NCBI GenBank assembly: GCA_030390025.1
Contig: CM059431.1
Coordinates: 154,072,001-154,136,000 of the forward strand
Direction of reading: 5' to 3'
DNA length: 64,000 bases
From: Squalus acanthias
Lineage: Eukaryota
Shown: one piece after another, positions 12,490 through 25,094 of the stretch
Layout: each line of letters starts with the position of its first letter
Numbering within the stretch: the first letter of the stretch is position 1
Position numbers and translations under genes: made by a program
Notes under the pieces: generated by a model
Databases searched by the model: none
What the model was told of the DNA's origin: nothing
What the model saw: only the letters and a program-made list of their open reading frames with translations

Positions 12490-13875
12490 CAATTGTGTTC
12501 TGAACATCTACAGGTTAAATATCGCGGCGTGCTCTAAAGTTTTGTAGGCCCATTAGCCAAGCGTACTCTGACAGTTTACAACGCCAATAGCCCAGGGTAC
12601 TCATACCCTCTACAGAGTCAAGAGCCCAGCAATTCTGACCCGCTACAGATTCAATAGCCAAGGAAGACTGACTCTGCAGATTCAGTAGGGCAAGTATTCT
12701 AGCCATCTACACGTCCAATAGCCATGTCAGACTGACCCGCTTTATAGGTCAGTGTTCTATGATCTTTATAGAGTCACGCTGACTGAAGCTTTGAATTCAG
12801 CTGATATATTCTGACTTTCCACAGGCTCAACGTTGAGGGAAATCGCACTCACCAAAGGACCAATTTATCTGGTTATCTGACGCTCTAACTGCCCGTTATC
12901 CCAGCGTAATCTTATCTTCAGTACAGCCCAAGTTACGCTGATGCTCTGCAAAGCTGTGGTTACTCTGACCCTCTTCATAGCCCAGTTTTCTTTGGACCGT
13001 TGCAAATCCTCGGGTGATCTGACCCGCTACACGACCACGACCTCAGTTTATTCTAACACTCTGCATAGCCCAGTCTGCTCTCGCCCTCTGCAATCTCAAC
13101 AGACAAGGTACTCTGATAGGGTGTATATGCCAGGCTAATTGACCTTCCACAGGGTACAAAAGCCAAGGCTACGCTGAGCTTCTGAAGGCCTAATATCCCA
13201 GAGTAATCGGAAACTCCACAGGCTCAATAGCGCAGCGTACTCTGACCTTCTACAGTCTCAATATCCCATGGTACTTAATCCTTAAAGGCCCAGCAACCCA
13301 GGGTGCTCTGACCCTCTGAAATGCCCAGTGTGCTCCTCCACTCTATCGGCTCAATAGCCCAGGGTAATTCGATCCTCTAAATGCCCAACAGCCCATGTAC
13401 ACTGACCCTCTTATTGCCCAGGGGACGTTGAACATTTATAATGTCAAAATCCAAGGGACCTTAAACATCTATATGTCCAATAGTCCAGGGTACACTGACC
13501 CTCTGCTGGCAAAATTGCCCAGAGCGCTTTGACCAAGAGAAGGCCCAATAGCCCAGAATGCTCTGACCGTCAAAACGCCCAACAGCCAGTTTAATGTGAC
13601 GTTTCGCTGTCCCAATAGCACAGGTTGGCCTGAACCTCTACAGATTCATTAGCCGCGATTGCTCTGACACTTTGCATAGCCCACAGTATTCTGACCATTT
13701 TTAGGCCCAGAGCTCAGGTACTCTGACTTTTTAAAGCCTGAATATCTGACGACACCTCACCCTCTCTATAGCTTCTAAAGGCCTAATATCCCAGAGTTTT
13801 ATGACAGTTTACAGGTCCAATAGCCCAAAGTATTCTGACCGACTGTAGGCCTAATAACCCAGAGTACAATTACCA
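12490..13875 (+). repeat. Degenerate ~34-bp minisatellite (approx. CCCAATAGCCCAGGGTACTCTGACCCTCTACAGG)
   Basis: Recurrent AATAGCCCAG / ACTCTGACC motifs. A remnant resumes at ~18920-19030 beyond the inserted CR1. Confidence 0.85.
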
Positions 13876-13877
13876 TC

Positions 13878-16800
13878 ATAGAGTCATAGAGTCATAGAGA
13901 TATACAGCACAGAAAGAGGCCATTCGTTCGAACGTCTCCACGCCGGCAATCAAGCTCTGTCTATTCTAAACCTATTTTCCTGCACATGGTCCGTAGCCTT
14001 GTATGCTTATTGAATGTTGTGAGGGTTCCTGCCTCTACCACCCATTCAGGCAGTGAGTTCCAGATTCCAACCACCCTCTGGGTGAAAAAGTTTTTGGTCA
14101 AATACTCTCTAAACCTCCTGCACCTTACCTTGAAACTATGCCCCCTTTTTATTGGCCCCTCTACTAAGGGGTAAAGTTCCATTCTATCTACCATCTTTAT
14201 GCCCACATAATTTTGTGAACCTCAATCAGGTCCCGCCTCAGCCTTCTCTGCTCTAAGGAAAACAACCCCAGCCTGTGCAGTCTCTCTTCATAGCTGAAGC
14301 ACTCCAGCCCAGATAACATCCTGGTGAATCTCCTCTGCACGCTCTCCAATGAAATCACATCCTTCCTATAGTGTGGCGACCAGATCTGCACACAGTATTC
14401 CAGCTGTGGCCTAACTAGAGTTTTGTACAGCTCCATCATAACCTCCCTGCTCTTATATTCTATGCTTCGGCTAATAAAGGCAAGTATCCCATATGCCTTG
14501 TTAACCACCTTATCTACCTGTCCTGCTGCCTTCAGGGATCTATGTACATGCACACCAAGGTCCCTCTGATCCTCTGCCCTTCTAGGGTCCAACCATTCAT
14601 TGTGAATCCCCTTGCCGTGTTAATCCACCCAAAATGCATCAACTCACACTTTTCAGGGTTAAATTCCATTTGCCACTGTTCTGCCCATCTGAGCAGCCCT
14701 TCTATATCGTCCTGTAGGCTGAGGGTTCCCTCCTCGCTATTTACCACCCCACCAATATTCGTGTCATCTGCGAATTTACTGATCATACCTCCTAAATTCA
14801 TATCTAAATCATTAATGTACACTTAAAACAGCAACGGAACCAGCACCGATCCCTGTGGTACACCATTGGATACAGGTTTCCAGTCATAAAAACAACGTTC
14901 TTACATTACCCTCTGCCTCCTGTCACTAAGCCAATTTTGGATCGAATGTGCCAAGTTACCCTGGATTCCATGGGCTCTTTACTTTTTACCAGTCTCCCAT
15001 GCGGGACTTTGCAAGAGCCTTACTTAATTCCATGAAGGCTACATCAACTGCACTATCCTCCTCCACGCACCTAGCCAGCCCCTCGAAAAATTCAATCAAA
15101 TTGGTCAGACATGATCTCTCCCTGACAAAGCCATGCTGACTATTCTTGCTTAATCCTTGCCTCTCCAATTGGAGACTGATTCTGTCCCTCAGAATTTTTT
15201 CCAACGATTACCCTACCACTGATGTTAGGCTCACAGGCCTATAATTCCCTGGATTAACCACACTAACCTTCTTGAATAACGGTACTACGTTAGCTGTTCT
15301 CCAGTCCCCTGGCACCTCCCCTGCGACCACAGATGTTCTGAAAATTTGTGTCAGAGCCCCTGCAATCTCCTCCCTTGCCTCACGCAGCAGCCTGGGATAC
15401 ATCCCGTCTAAGCCTGGGGATTTATCCATTTTTAAGGCCGATAAAACTGCTAGTACCTCCTCCCACTCAATAGAAATTTGTTCAAGTATATCACGAACCC
15501 CCTGTCTGATTTATATGCCTACATAGTCCTTCTCCATAGTGAACACAGATACAAAATATTCATTTAAATCCCCACCTACATCTTCTGGCTCTACACACAG
15601 ATTGCCTCTTTGGTCCTTAATGGGCCCTACTCTTTGCCTAGTTATACTCTTGCCCTTAATATACTTACAAAACAACTTGGGATTTTCCTTTATTTTGCCC
15701 GCCAGTGTTATTCCATGCCCCCTCTTCGATCTCCTAATTTCTTTTTTAAGTACCCCCCTGCACTTTCTATACTCCTCTAGGGCTTCCATTGTTTTTAGTC
15801 CTTTGTATCTGCCAATGCCTCCCTTTTTTTCCTAATCCATTCTCATATATATCCGTTGTCATTCAGGGTTCCCTGGGCTTGTTGGTCCCACACTTGACCT
15901 TTACAGTAACATGTTGCCGTTGTAGTCTCTCTATTTCCTTTCTGAAAGACTCCCACTGCTCTGATGTGGATTTTCCTACAAGTAGCTGATCCCAGTCCAC
16001 TTTGGCCAGGTCCTGCCTTACCATATTAAAATCGGCCTTCCCCCAATTAAATACGTTTATTTCCGGTCCATCTTTGTCTTTTTCCATGACTACCTTAAAT
16101 TTCACCAAATTATGGTCACTGTCACCAAAATGCTCTCCTACTAACACTTCTACCAATTGCCCGACTACATTCCCTAGAAATTGGTCCAGTACCGCCTCCT
16201 CTCTTGTAGGACTTTCTACAAGGCTAACAAGGGAAATCAGGGATAGTATTAAAACCAAGGAAGTTGCATACAAATTGGCCAGAAGTAGCAGCAAACCCGG
16301 GGACTGGGAGAACTTCAAAACTCAGCAGAGGAGGACGAAGGGTTTGATTAGGGCAGGGAAAATAAAATATGAAAGGAAGCTTGCAGAGAACATTAAAATG
16401 GACTGCAAAAGCTTCTATAAATATGTAAAAAGAAAGAGGTTAGTAAAAACAAACGTAGGTCCCCTGCAGTCGGAAACAGGGGAAGTCGTAATGGGGAACA
16501 AGGAAATGGCAGATCAATTGAACAAGTACTTTGGTTCGGTGTTTACTGTGGAGGACACACACAACCTGCCGGAAATAAAAGGGGTCAGAGGATCTGGTAA
16601 GAGGGAGGAGCTGAGGGAAATCCTTATTAGTCGGGAAAAGGTATTGGGGAAATTGATGGGACTGAAGGCTGAAAAATCCCCGGGGCCTGATGGTCTGCAT
16701 TCCAGAGTACTTAAGGAGGTGGCCTTGGAAATAGTGGATGCATTGACGATCATTTTCCAACATTCCTTAGACTCTGGATCAGTTCCGATGGAGTGGAGGG

Positions 16801-18915
16801 TGGCCAATGTAACCCCTCTTTTTAAAAAAGGAGGGAGGGAGAAAGCAGGGAATTATAGACCGGTCAGCCTGACATCGGTCGTGGGTAAAATGATGGAAGC
16901 AATTATTAAAGATGTCATAACAGACCATTTGGAAAGTGGCGACATGATAGGTCCAAGTCAGCATGGATTTGTGAAAGGGAAATCATGCTTGACAAATCTT
17001 CTGGAATTTTTTGAGGATGTTTCCAATAGGGTGGACAGGGGGGAACCAGTAGATGTGGTGTATTTGGACTTTCAGAAGGCCTTCGACAAGGTCCCACACA
17101 AGAGATTGGTGAGCAAAGTTAAAGCACATGGGATTGGGGGTAATGTGTTGACGTGGATTGAGAACTGGTTGGCACACAGGAAACAAAGAGTAGGAGTAAA
17201 TGGGTACTTTTCAGAATGGCAGGCAGTGACCAGCGGGGTACCGCAGGGTTCGGTGCTGGGACCCCAGCTGTTTACATTATATATTAATGATTTGGACGAA
17301 GGGATTAAATGTAATATCTCCAAATTTGCGGATGACACTAAATTGGGAGGCAGTGTGAACAATGAGGAGGATGCTAGGAGGCTACAGAGTGACTTGGACA
17401 GGTTGGGTGAATGGGCAAATGTATGGCAGATGAAGTACAATGTGGATAAATGTGAGGTTATCCACTTTGGTGGTAAAAATAGAGAGGCGGACTATTACCT
17501 GAATGGTGGCAGATTAGGGAAAGGGGACGTGCAACGAGACCTGGGCGTCATGGTACATCAGTCACTGAAGGTGGGAATGCAAGTGCAGCAGGCAGTCAAG
17601 AAAGCAAACGGAATGATGGCCTTCATAGCAAGGGGATTTGAGTACAGGAGTAGGGAGGTGATGCTACAGTTGTACAGGGCCTTGGTGAGGCCACACCTGG
17701 AGTATTGTGCGCAGTTTTGGTCTCCTAACTTAAGGAAGGACATTCTTGCTATTGAGGGAGTGCAGCGAAGGTTCACTAGATTGATTCCTGGGATGGCCGG
17801 ACTGACATATCAAGAAAGATTGGGTCAACTGAACTTGTATCCTCTGGAGTTCAGAAGAATGAGGGGGGATCTTATAGAGACATTTAAAATCCTGACTGGT
17901 TTAGACAAATTAGATGCGGGCAGAATGTTCCCAATGGTAGGGAAAACTAGAACCAGGGGTCACAGTCTAAGGATTAAGGGGAAGCCATTTAGGACTGAGC
18001 TGAGGAGGAACTTCTTCACCCAGAGAGTGGTGAATCTATGGAATTCTCTTCCACAGAAGGTTGTTGAGGCCAGTTCGCTAAATATATTCAAAAGGGAGTT
18101 AGATATAACACTCACAACTAAGGGGATCAAGGGGTATGGCGAGAAAGCAGGAATGGGGTACTGAGGTAGCATGTTCAGCCATGAACGCATTGAATGGCGG
18201 TGCAGGCTCGAAGGACCGAATGGTCTACTCCTGCACCTATTTTCTATGTTTCTATGTTTCTACATGCTGGCTCAAAAAGCTCTCCTGGATGCATTTTAAG
18301 AATTCCGCACCCTCTATGCCTTTCACACTCTGACTATCCCAGTTAATATTGGTGAAGTTGAAATCCCCTACTATTATTACCCTATTATTTCTACACCTCT
18401 CTGATATTTGCCTTCATATCTTTTCCTCTATCTCCCCCTGACTGTTTGGGGGTCTAAAGTACACTCCCAGCAAAGTGGTTGCCCCCTTTTTGTTTTTAGG
18501 TTCTACCCATATTGTCTCATTAGATGAACCTGCTAAGATATCATCCCTCCTCACAGCAGTTATTGACTCGTTGATTAATATTGCGACACCCCATCTTCTT
18601 TTACACCACCCTCTGTCTCGCCTGAAGATTCAATACCCCGGAATATAGAGCTGCCAGTCCTGCCCCTCCCTCAACCATGTCTCTGTGACAGCAACAATAT
18701 CATAATCCGATGTGTTCATCAGCACCTTCAATTCATCTGCCTTACTCGCAAGACTCCTTGCATTAAAATACATGCCATCCAGCCTTGCCATACTCCCTTG
18801 TGCTGTTACATATTTGCTCTGCCTTCCAAGCTGACATGTTTTTTCCTCTATATTTGGCTGTGCATCACTCCGTACTATAGCTCCACTCCGTATCCCATCC
18901 CCCTGCCAAGTTAGT
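13878..18915 (-). mobile_element. Older CR1 LINE (endonuclease to RT to 3' tail), split by a younger CR1
   Basis: (ACTCTATG)n tail at ~13878-13900 and RT fragments at 13961-15789. Endonuclease part with IIVGDFNF at ~18350-18390. Collinear across the 16221-18256 insertion. Confidence 0.9.
16221..18256 (+). mobile_element. Young 5'-truncated CR1 LINE with an uninterrupted RT reading frame
   Basis: Open frame from the junction to TGA at 18164 ([25 protein letters not shown]). (TTTCTATG)n tail. TTTCTACA duplicated at 16213-16220 and 18257-18264. Confidence 0.95.
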
Positions 18916-19927
18916 CTTCAGACTCAGTAGTCCAGCGTGCTCAAACCGGAAGTAGGCCCAATAGCCAGGGGTACTTTGATGCTCAAAATGCTCCGTAGAT
19001 CAGTGCAAACTATCCCTCCACAGATTAGAGCCAGGCCACTCAGGGGTGATGTCAGAAAGCACGTCTTGACAAAAGGCTAGTGGAAATATGGAAATCTCTC
19101 TGGAAAACATTATGTTGAGGCTAGGTCAATTCAACATTTCAAAACTGAGGTGGTGACATTTTAATTAGGCAAGGGTATTAATGTTTACAGAACCAAGACG
19201 GGTAGATATATTTAAGAAACAGGTTAGTTATGATCAGATAAAATGGCGGGACAGGTGCGCGGGATTGAATGGCCTCGTCCTGTTGCTGTGTACCGGGATC
19301 CGAATGTATTACATTTACAAAGAGTGAGAATTGTTACAAAGGAGCAGCTAATGATTGAAAAGGACAATAATTCCAAAGAGTTAACGTGTTAACAGAGATT
19401 TCACTGTGTACTTTCCTCGGGTGTTTGTTCCAAATAAACTAACAGCGATCTGTGTCCCTTGTTATCTATGGCCTTTCATAGTCCGATAATAAAGAGCTTT
19501 TATGAAGAGCAATGAACTCGAATTGTGGAACCAAACTGTTTCCGCCTGCAGAACCAGGTTACTATGTGGGGTCTTCTGCATCGCAAGTTGAGGGTTCGGT
19601 GGTAATGTAACTATAATTACCTCACAAACGCAAACCCTTGTAAACATGGGGCTGGATTTTGAGACTGGGGCGGATTGGGGTCGTGTCATCCGCATTTCGT
19701 GTTGCCCACCCGACACTAGATTAATGTGGATGAATAATGCGATTTTAAATTAATTGGACAATTGAGTTCCAACGTGTGGGATCCCATGGCCAACGAGTTA
19801 TTCCAGTCTAAAAGTCGCCTCCGATGACGTCATCATTGCTGCTGCATTTAAGGTCTGCAACCAGCTTTCCTTCTTCTGCAGGCTGCCAAGCTTTTGGACC
19901 TCTAATCTGGAGGCAACTGCAGCAGGA

Positions 19928-20167
19928 ATGGCCAGCCAACGACCCAGGTCTGCTCCCAGGTTCGATGACGTTGACCTGCATGCTTTGGTGGATGAAGCAA
20001 GAGCCAACAGAGAGGTGCACTTCCCCACCTCAGGGCAGAAGAAGCCTCCCCAGCAGACCAAGGCTGTGTGGGTACAGGTCGCCCAAGAGGTCAACTCCTT
20101 ATCCTTCACCTGCAGAACCTGGATCCAGTGCAGGAAGAGTTTTCATGACCTTCTATCTACTGCAAAA
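19928..20167 (+). CDS. Harbinger Myb/SANT-like (trihelix) DNA-binding protein, exon 1
   Basis: MASQRPRSAPRFDDVDLHALV...AVWVQVAQEVN...RTWIQCRKSFHDL. 80 codons followed by a gtgagt donor (phase 0). Confidence 0.85.
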
Positions 20168-20350
20168 GTGAGTATGACTTACCCTTCACCCTCAATCTGA
20201 TCCCCATTGCCTCTCCTCACCAGCACTCAGCTTTAGGAACCTCGTCCTCCATATCCCACTTGACACTGACATCCATGCACCCTTACCGATTCCCTTTCCC
20301 TCTATGGTCACATTCACCTTACTATTTGACTATGCAGCCCTCACACTATC

Positions 20351-20542
20351 TGTCTTAAGAATGAGCCTTACGCGTGGTGAACTTAAAGTAAGCTTTAATC
20401 AACTAAAAAGGTGGTACATACAAAAGAGGTCTTACTCTAAGTCTCCAGGATCCAACTGATCAGTCCAGTATTTATCCTGGACTAATCACAGGAAGTGACG
20501 CAATAAAGTTCGATTCACAGGAAGCTGTATTGTGTTACCACA
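20351..20542 (-). repeat. 3' LTR
   Basis: Direct repeat of 24579-24771 with about ten differences by eye. Adjacent G-rich PPT on the - strand. Confidence 0.95.
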
Positions 20543-20728
20543 TTCTCCCCCCCCCCCAAAAGATTAGGAGGCCGGGATGCTCCCTACATTTCGTAGCCGC
20601 TGGACGAGGGAGAGCCGCACCCGTTTGGGTTCTCGTAATGGTAGAGGGCCCCTAGCCCGTTTACCCGCCCCGGGCCGTGGACCAGAGTCCGAGTGATCCA
20701 GCCCGCTCTCTGAGGGGTCAGGACGATC

Positions 20729-21793
20729 CTAACTGTGTACTGGTGCCCGAACGGGTGTCGGGCAGCGCTGTTGCAGATCCGTAACTGAGCGTACGTTACG
20801 GGGTGGATCGTGGCTGCGCGTGCGAGCCCCGACGGGCTCATAGTCAGTCTGCCGCAGGTCGGCACGCTGGAGTGAGGTACCAGCCGGCGTAAGATCCAGA
20901 TCGTGATGAGAGGCACCTGGCGAGCCCAGAGATGTGCCTGGTACAATATCATCCCCTGGTGTCCCTCTATGTTTCAGTGGGCACGGAACCAGTTCCCGCA
21001 ATGACACGGTAGATTCCCGACCGTCAGGATACCGAATATAGGCGTAGGTAGGGTTGACGTCAGTGAGCTCAATCTCATCTACCAGGGGGTCATTCTTATA
21101 CGCCCGGACATATCTTCGGAGTAGCACTGGTCCCGGTGCAGTCAGCCACGACGGGAGAGATATCCCATAGGATGAGCGACGCTGAAATCGGAAGAACCGT
21201 TCATGAGGCGTCGTACTTGTGGCGGTCGAAAGGAGGGACCATGTGGAGTGTAATGCGTCTGGAAGTACTGCTTCCCATTGCTGGTTGGGTAGGCCCCGAG
21301 ATCTCAAAGCCAGACGTACCGCATTCCAGATGATAGCGTTAAAACGCTCGACTTGCCCATTCCCGACCGGATGATAAGGCGTCGTTTTGCTGGCAGCAAT
21401 ACCCCGTTCCGAGAGATAGGCCTTGAGTTCTCCTGACATAAAAGAAGGGCTCCGATCCGAATGAACATAGGATGCCATGCCACAGAAACCAAATACCTGC
21501 TCAAGGCAGCTGATAACCGTGGTCGTCAGCATATTGGGGCAGGGAAAGGCAAACGGAAAACGGGAATACTCATCGACCATGGTCAATAGATAAGTGTTGC
21601 GAGTTGAAGAGGGCAACGGCCCCTTAAAATCGATGCTAAGCCGTTGCATTGGCTGGGTCGCATGTATGAGTATACCACCCGAGGGGCGGAAAAACTGAGG
21701 TTTCAATTCCGCACAGACTCTGCAGTCCGAGCACATCTTCTTTACATCCCCGGTAGAGAATGGGAGATTTCGGGACCGCACAAAGTGTAGCAT
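20729..21793 (-). pseudogene. Gypsy integrase (frameshifted from pol)
   Basis: CSDCRVC zinc motif, LSIDFKGP, VHSDR, NGQVERFN. Just upstream the frame reads HPGGTRML; the first His of HHCC appears lost in a short deletion near 21810. Confidence 0.9.
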
Positions 21794-24015
21794 GCGAGTA
21801 CCGCCCGGATGTCTACGAGCGTAGAGGGTGCCATGGCGGAGCAGAATGCTCGTGTGAGGCTATCCGGAGCCACATTCTCCTTGCCAGGTCGATAGTGGAT
21901 GGTGTAACCAAAATAGGCCAATTCCAGCCGCCAAAGCTGGATTTTATTATTTTTAATTTTGGTCCGTTTTCGATTATCGAGCATGAAGGCGACCGATCGC
22001 TGGTCCGTGATTAAGGTAAAGTGCTGGCGAGCTAGGAGATGACTCCACTTCTGTACTGCCTCTATGATGGCTGTAGCTTCTTTCTCGACTGGAGGATAAT
22101 GTAGCTCAGCCCCTTGAAAAGTCCTGGACAAAAATGTCACCGGACGACCTTCCTGATTCAGAGTGGCCGAGATCACCACCTCCGAGGCATCACACTCAAC
22201 AAGAAAAGGAAGACTCTCATCGATGGAGTGAAGAGCCGCTTTCTCCAACTGTTTTTTCAGGAGGTTAAAGGCTGCAACAGCCGCTGTGTCTAGTGGGAAT
22301 GTGCTGGCTTTCAGTAGAGGTTGGATTCGGTCCGAGAAGTTAGGAATCCATTTAGCATAGTATGCAAACAGACCGAGGGCCCGGCGCAAGGAGGCCGGAT
22401 TCTTAGGTGGCGTGAGTTCTTGGAGTGGGCGAAGCCTTTCAGGGTCAGGTTTAATGATGCCATTGCCCAAACGATAGCCAAGGATGTTGATGGTTGGTTG
22501 TGACCCAATGGATTTAGCCGCATTTAATGTCAAATTACGGTGCTGGAGTGCATCCCAAAATCGTTGGAGATTGGAGTCATGTTCCCGCTGATTGCGACCT
22601 GCGACAGTAATATTGTCCAGATAAGGAAACGTATCCTTCAAGTCTTCCTGTTTTACCAGGTCATCCATTGCTCGCTGGAAGACAGCCACTCCATTAGTGA
22701 CCCCAAAGGGGAGGCGACGAAATTGATACAGCCGTCCATTGGCTTCAAAGGCCGTATACTGCTTGTCTGAGACCTTCAAGGGTACCTGATGATAGGCACT
22801 TTTCAGATCATATGTTGAGAACACCGTGTACTCAGCCAGTTTATTAACCATATCATCGATGCGCGGCAATGGGTATGCGTCCAAGTCCGTATATTTATTG
22901 ATGGTCTGTGAATAGTCAATGCACAGCCGTTTCTTGTGAGGTTGTAGAGGGTTCTGAACAATAACGACCTGGGCGCGCCATGGCGACGAACAAGGCTCGA
23001 TGATATCCTCTGCTAAAAGCCGAGAACTCTCAGCCGCAATAAAAGACTGGTCTTCCTGACTGAAACTTCGTGACTTTGTTATAATCGGTTTGCATCGAGG
23101 AGGGATACTGGTAAACAGTGAGGGTTCATCCAGTGAAGCTGCTGACAATGCACAGAACGGTAATCGAGGTAGTATATTAGAAATAGTGAGTTCAGGTTTG
23201 GATCCGCCGAACTCAATGGTGAGCTTCTTATGCTGCTTTTGAAAATCCAGCCCTAAGATAAGATCACTACATAAGTCCTTGAGCACCGAAAGCCGGGTGG
23301 AGGGATACCTGTGACCATTAAGTGTTATTTCAACCATACAAAAGCCAGAAATTTTGGTATTAAGTGATGACTGAGCCATCGCAATTGCCTGTTCCGATGG
23401 GAAAACATGTAGCTTTAACTCTGCAACAATCTGTTCCCTAATGAAACTATCAGTGCTACCTGAGTCAATTAAGGCATCTAAAGTATGTCCATTAATTGAT
23501 GCTTTTGTAGCTGCATGGAATAGGTTCTGAGGACAAGCAGCAGTAATTGGTGTCGTTGCACAAAGAGTGGCTGAAACTCTAGGTGTGTTTCTTCGAGAGG
23601 AAACCCGAGAGGAAGCACGATAGATTTTAGCCGGAACATCTTGATAGGCCCTTACCGGGGCAGTTCGGTAGGACTTAGCTTGATAAGCCCTCGTAGAGGC
23701 TCTTGATAGGCAAACCTTTGCAAAATGACCCTTTTTGTTGCAATGACTGCAAAACGCATTGCGAGCAGGGCATAATTTCCGAGGGTGAAACTCATCACCA
23801 CAAAAGAAGCATTTCTTAGATTGCCAAGAGGCTGCCACAATGGGGTCATCATCCTCTTCATCAGTGAAGTCATCAGATTGATCGTCAGGGATAAAGTCCT
23901 CCCTAATAGAGTTCACCTGTGGCCTCTTAAATTGCCTGACTGTAGTTAAGGCAGCAGACCGAGGTCTGGGCACTGTATAAAGGTCTGCATTCTTTTTGCC
24001 AGATCTAGAGAGCAA
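21742..24015 (-). pseudogene. Gypsy gag C-terminus (two CCHC knuckles), protease, RT and RNase H
   Basis: CFFCGDEFHPRKLC and CSHCNKKGHFAKVC knuckles; LIDSGS protease; YDLKSAYHQ, LPFG and YLDN in RT; ECDAS, EKEATA and TDQ in RNase H. Confidence 0.93.
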
Positions 24016-24500
24016 GCCATGTCATAATCTCTCTGAAGCTCAAGTGTCTTACTTTCCAGTAGACGCTGGCGTATAAATGGGGAGGCAAGCCCGCAGATGA
24101 AAGCATCACGGATCATTTCTTCACGGTACAGATCAGCTGAGGCCGCCGGAAAGTTACAGTCCATACTAAGTCTGCGAAGCTCTTGGAGGAATTTATCAAT
24201 GGATTCCTCTGGCCCTTGTTGGGCTGTAGCTAGTAGATGTCTGGCATAGACCTCATTCGGTGTCTTAGTATATAGTCTCTTAAGCGTCCGAATTGCCTCC
24301 TCGTAACTGCCCCATTCCTCTACATACTGAAATACATTCGGGGTGACACAGTTGATGAGTAATCGCAACTTTGAGTCATCATCAGCCTTGCAATATTCAA
24401 GAAAATTGTCAAACGTGCGATACCAGTGTTTCCGCACCTTACCGGCTGCTGGGGTGTTTGGGTCCAAGTCAAGACGCGATGGTTTAAGGATGTTTTCCAT
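23946..24500 (-). pseudogene. Gypsy gag N-terminal part
   Basis: ATG 79 nt downstream of the 5' LTR; MIRDAFICGL-type gag motif. Shifts into the pol frame at the A-run near 23995. Confidence 0.85.
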
Positions 24501-24578
24501 GATGGGTGATTCCCTGGATCCTTAGTTCCGAGTTCGTCCAAAAAGTTTGAGTGCAAAGTTTTCCAAAGTTGATTAAAT

Positions 24579-24771
24579 TGTCGTAAGAATGAGCCTTACG
24601 CGTGGTGAACTTAAAGTAAGCTTTAATCAACTAAAAAGGTGCTACATACAAAAGAGGTCTTACTCTATGCCCCTCCAGGATCCAACTGATCAGTCCAGTA
24701 TTATCCTGGACTAATCACAGGAAGTGATGCAATAAAGTTCGAGTCACAGGAAGCTGTATTGAGTTACCACA
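24579..24771 (-). repeat. 5' LTR
   Basis: Direct repeat of 20351-20542. On the - strand it is followed by ATTTAATCAACT instead of a TGG-starting tRNA PBS. Confidence 0.95.
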
Positions 24772-24934
24772 CTATCTATCGCTGTCATGCTTTGAAAACA
24801 ACTTACAGCACACAGGGAGGGCATTTAGTCTCGCCACTTCAATCCATTTTTGTCTCCTTCTAAGCATCTACTATGGATTCTCTGCACTCACTCCTTCAAT
24901 CTCACTCAAACTCCACTTGTCTCCCTAATTGCAG

Positions 24935-25094
24935 GAAAAGAGAGCTCACAATACATGGGATAGAGCCAGGACAGGTGGAGGGCTGCCCTTAACAACCCAG
25001 CTCACACCCTGGGAGGATGTGGTTCTGGAGATCGTGGGAGTAGAGGAGGATACGCAAGTTGGGGACGGACAGACGGGTGCATCACAGCAAGCTG
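24935..25094 (+). CDS. Harbinger Myb/SANT-like protein, exon 2
   Basis: ttgcag acceptor, in frame with exon 1: EKRAHNTWDRARTGGGLPLTTQLTPWED (TGGG motif typical after this domain). g|gtgaca donor. Confidence 0.8.

Larger units (their letters stand above)
20351..24771 (-). mobile_element. Full-length Gypsy/Ty3-type LTR retrotransposon (4.4 kb)
   Basis: Two ~192-bp LTRs with TG...CA ends. 5-bp TSD CTATC at 20346-20350 and 24772-24776. Polypurine tract next to the 3' LTR (20543-20557). Domain order gag-PR-RT-RH-IN. Confidence 0.97.

Noticed and set aside
16002..18164. 720-aa ORF as a novel fusion protein
   Set aside because: The first ~73 codons are antisense of the older CR1, in frame by chance with the inserted CR1 RT; the start codon is TTG.
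23985..24005. Programmed gag-pol -1 frameshift
   Set aside because: No X XXY YYZ slippery heptamer, and the shift falls before the gag zinc knuckles. A 1-nt deletion in a single gag-pol ORF is more likely.
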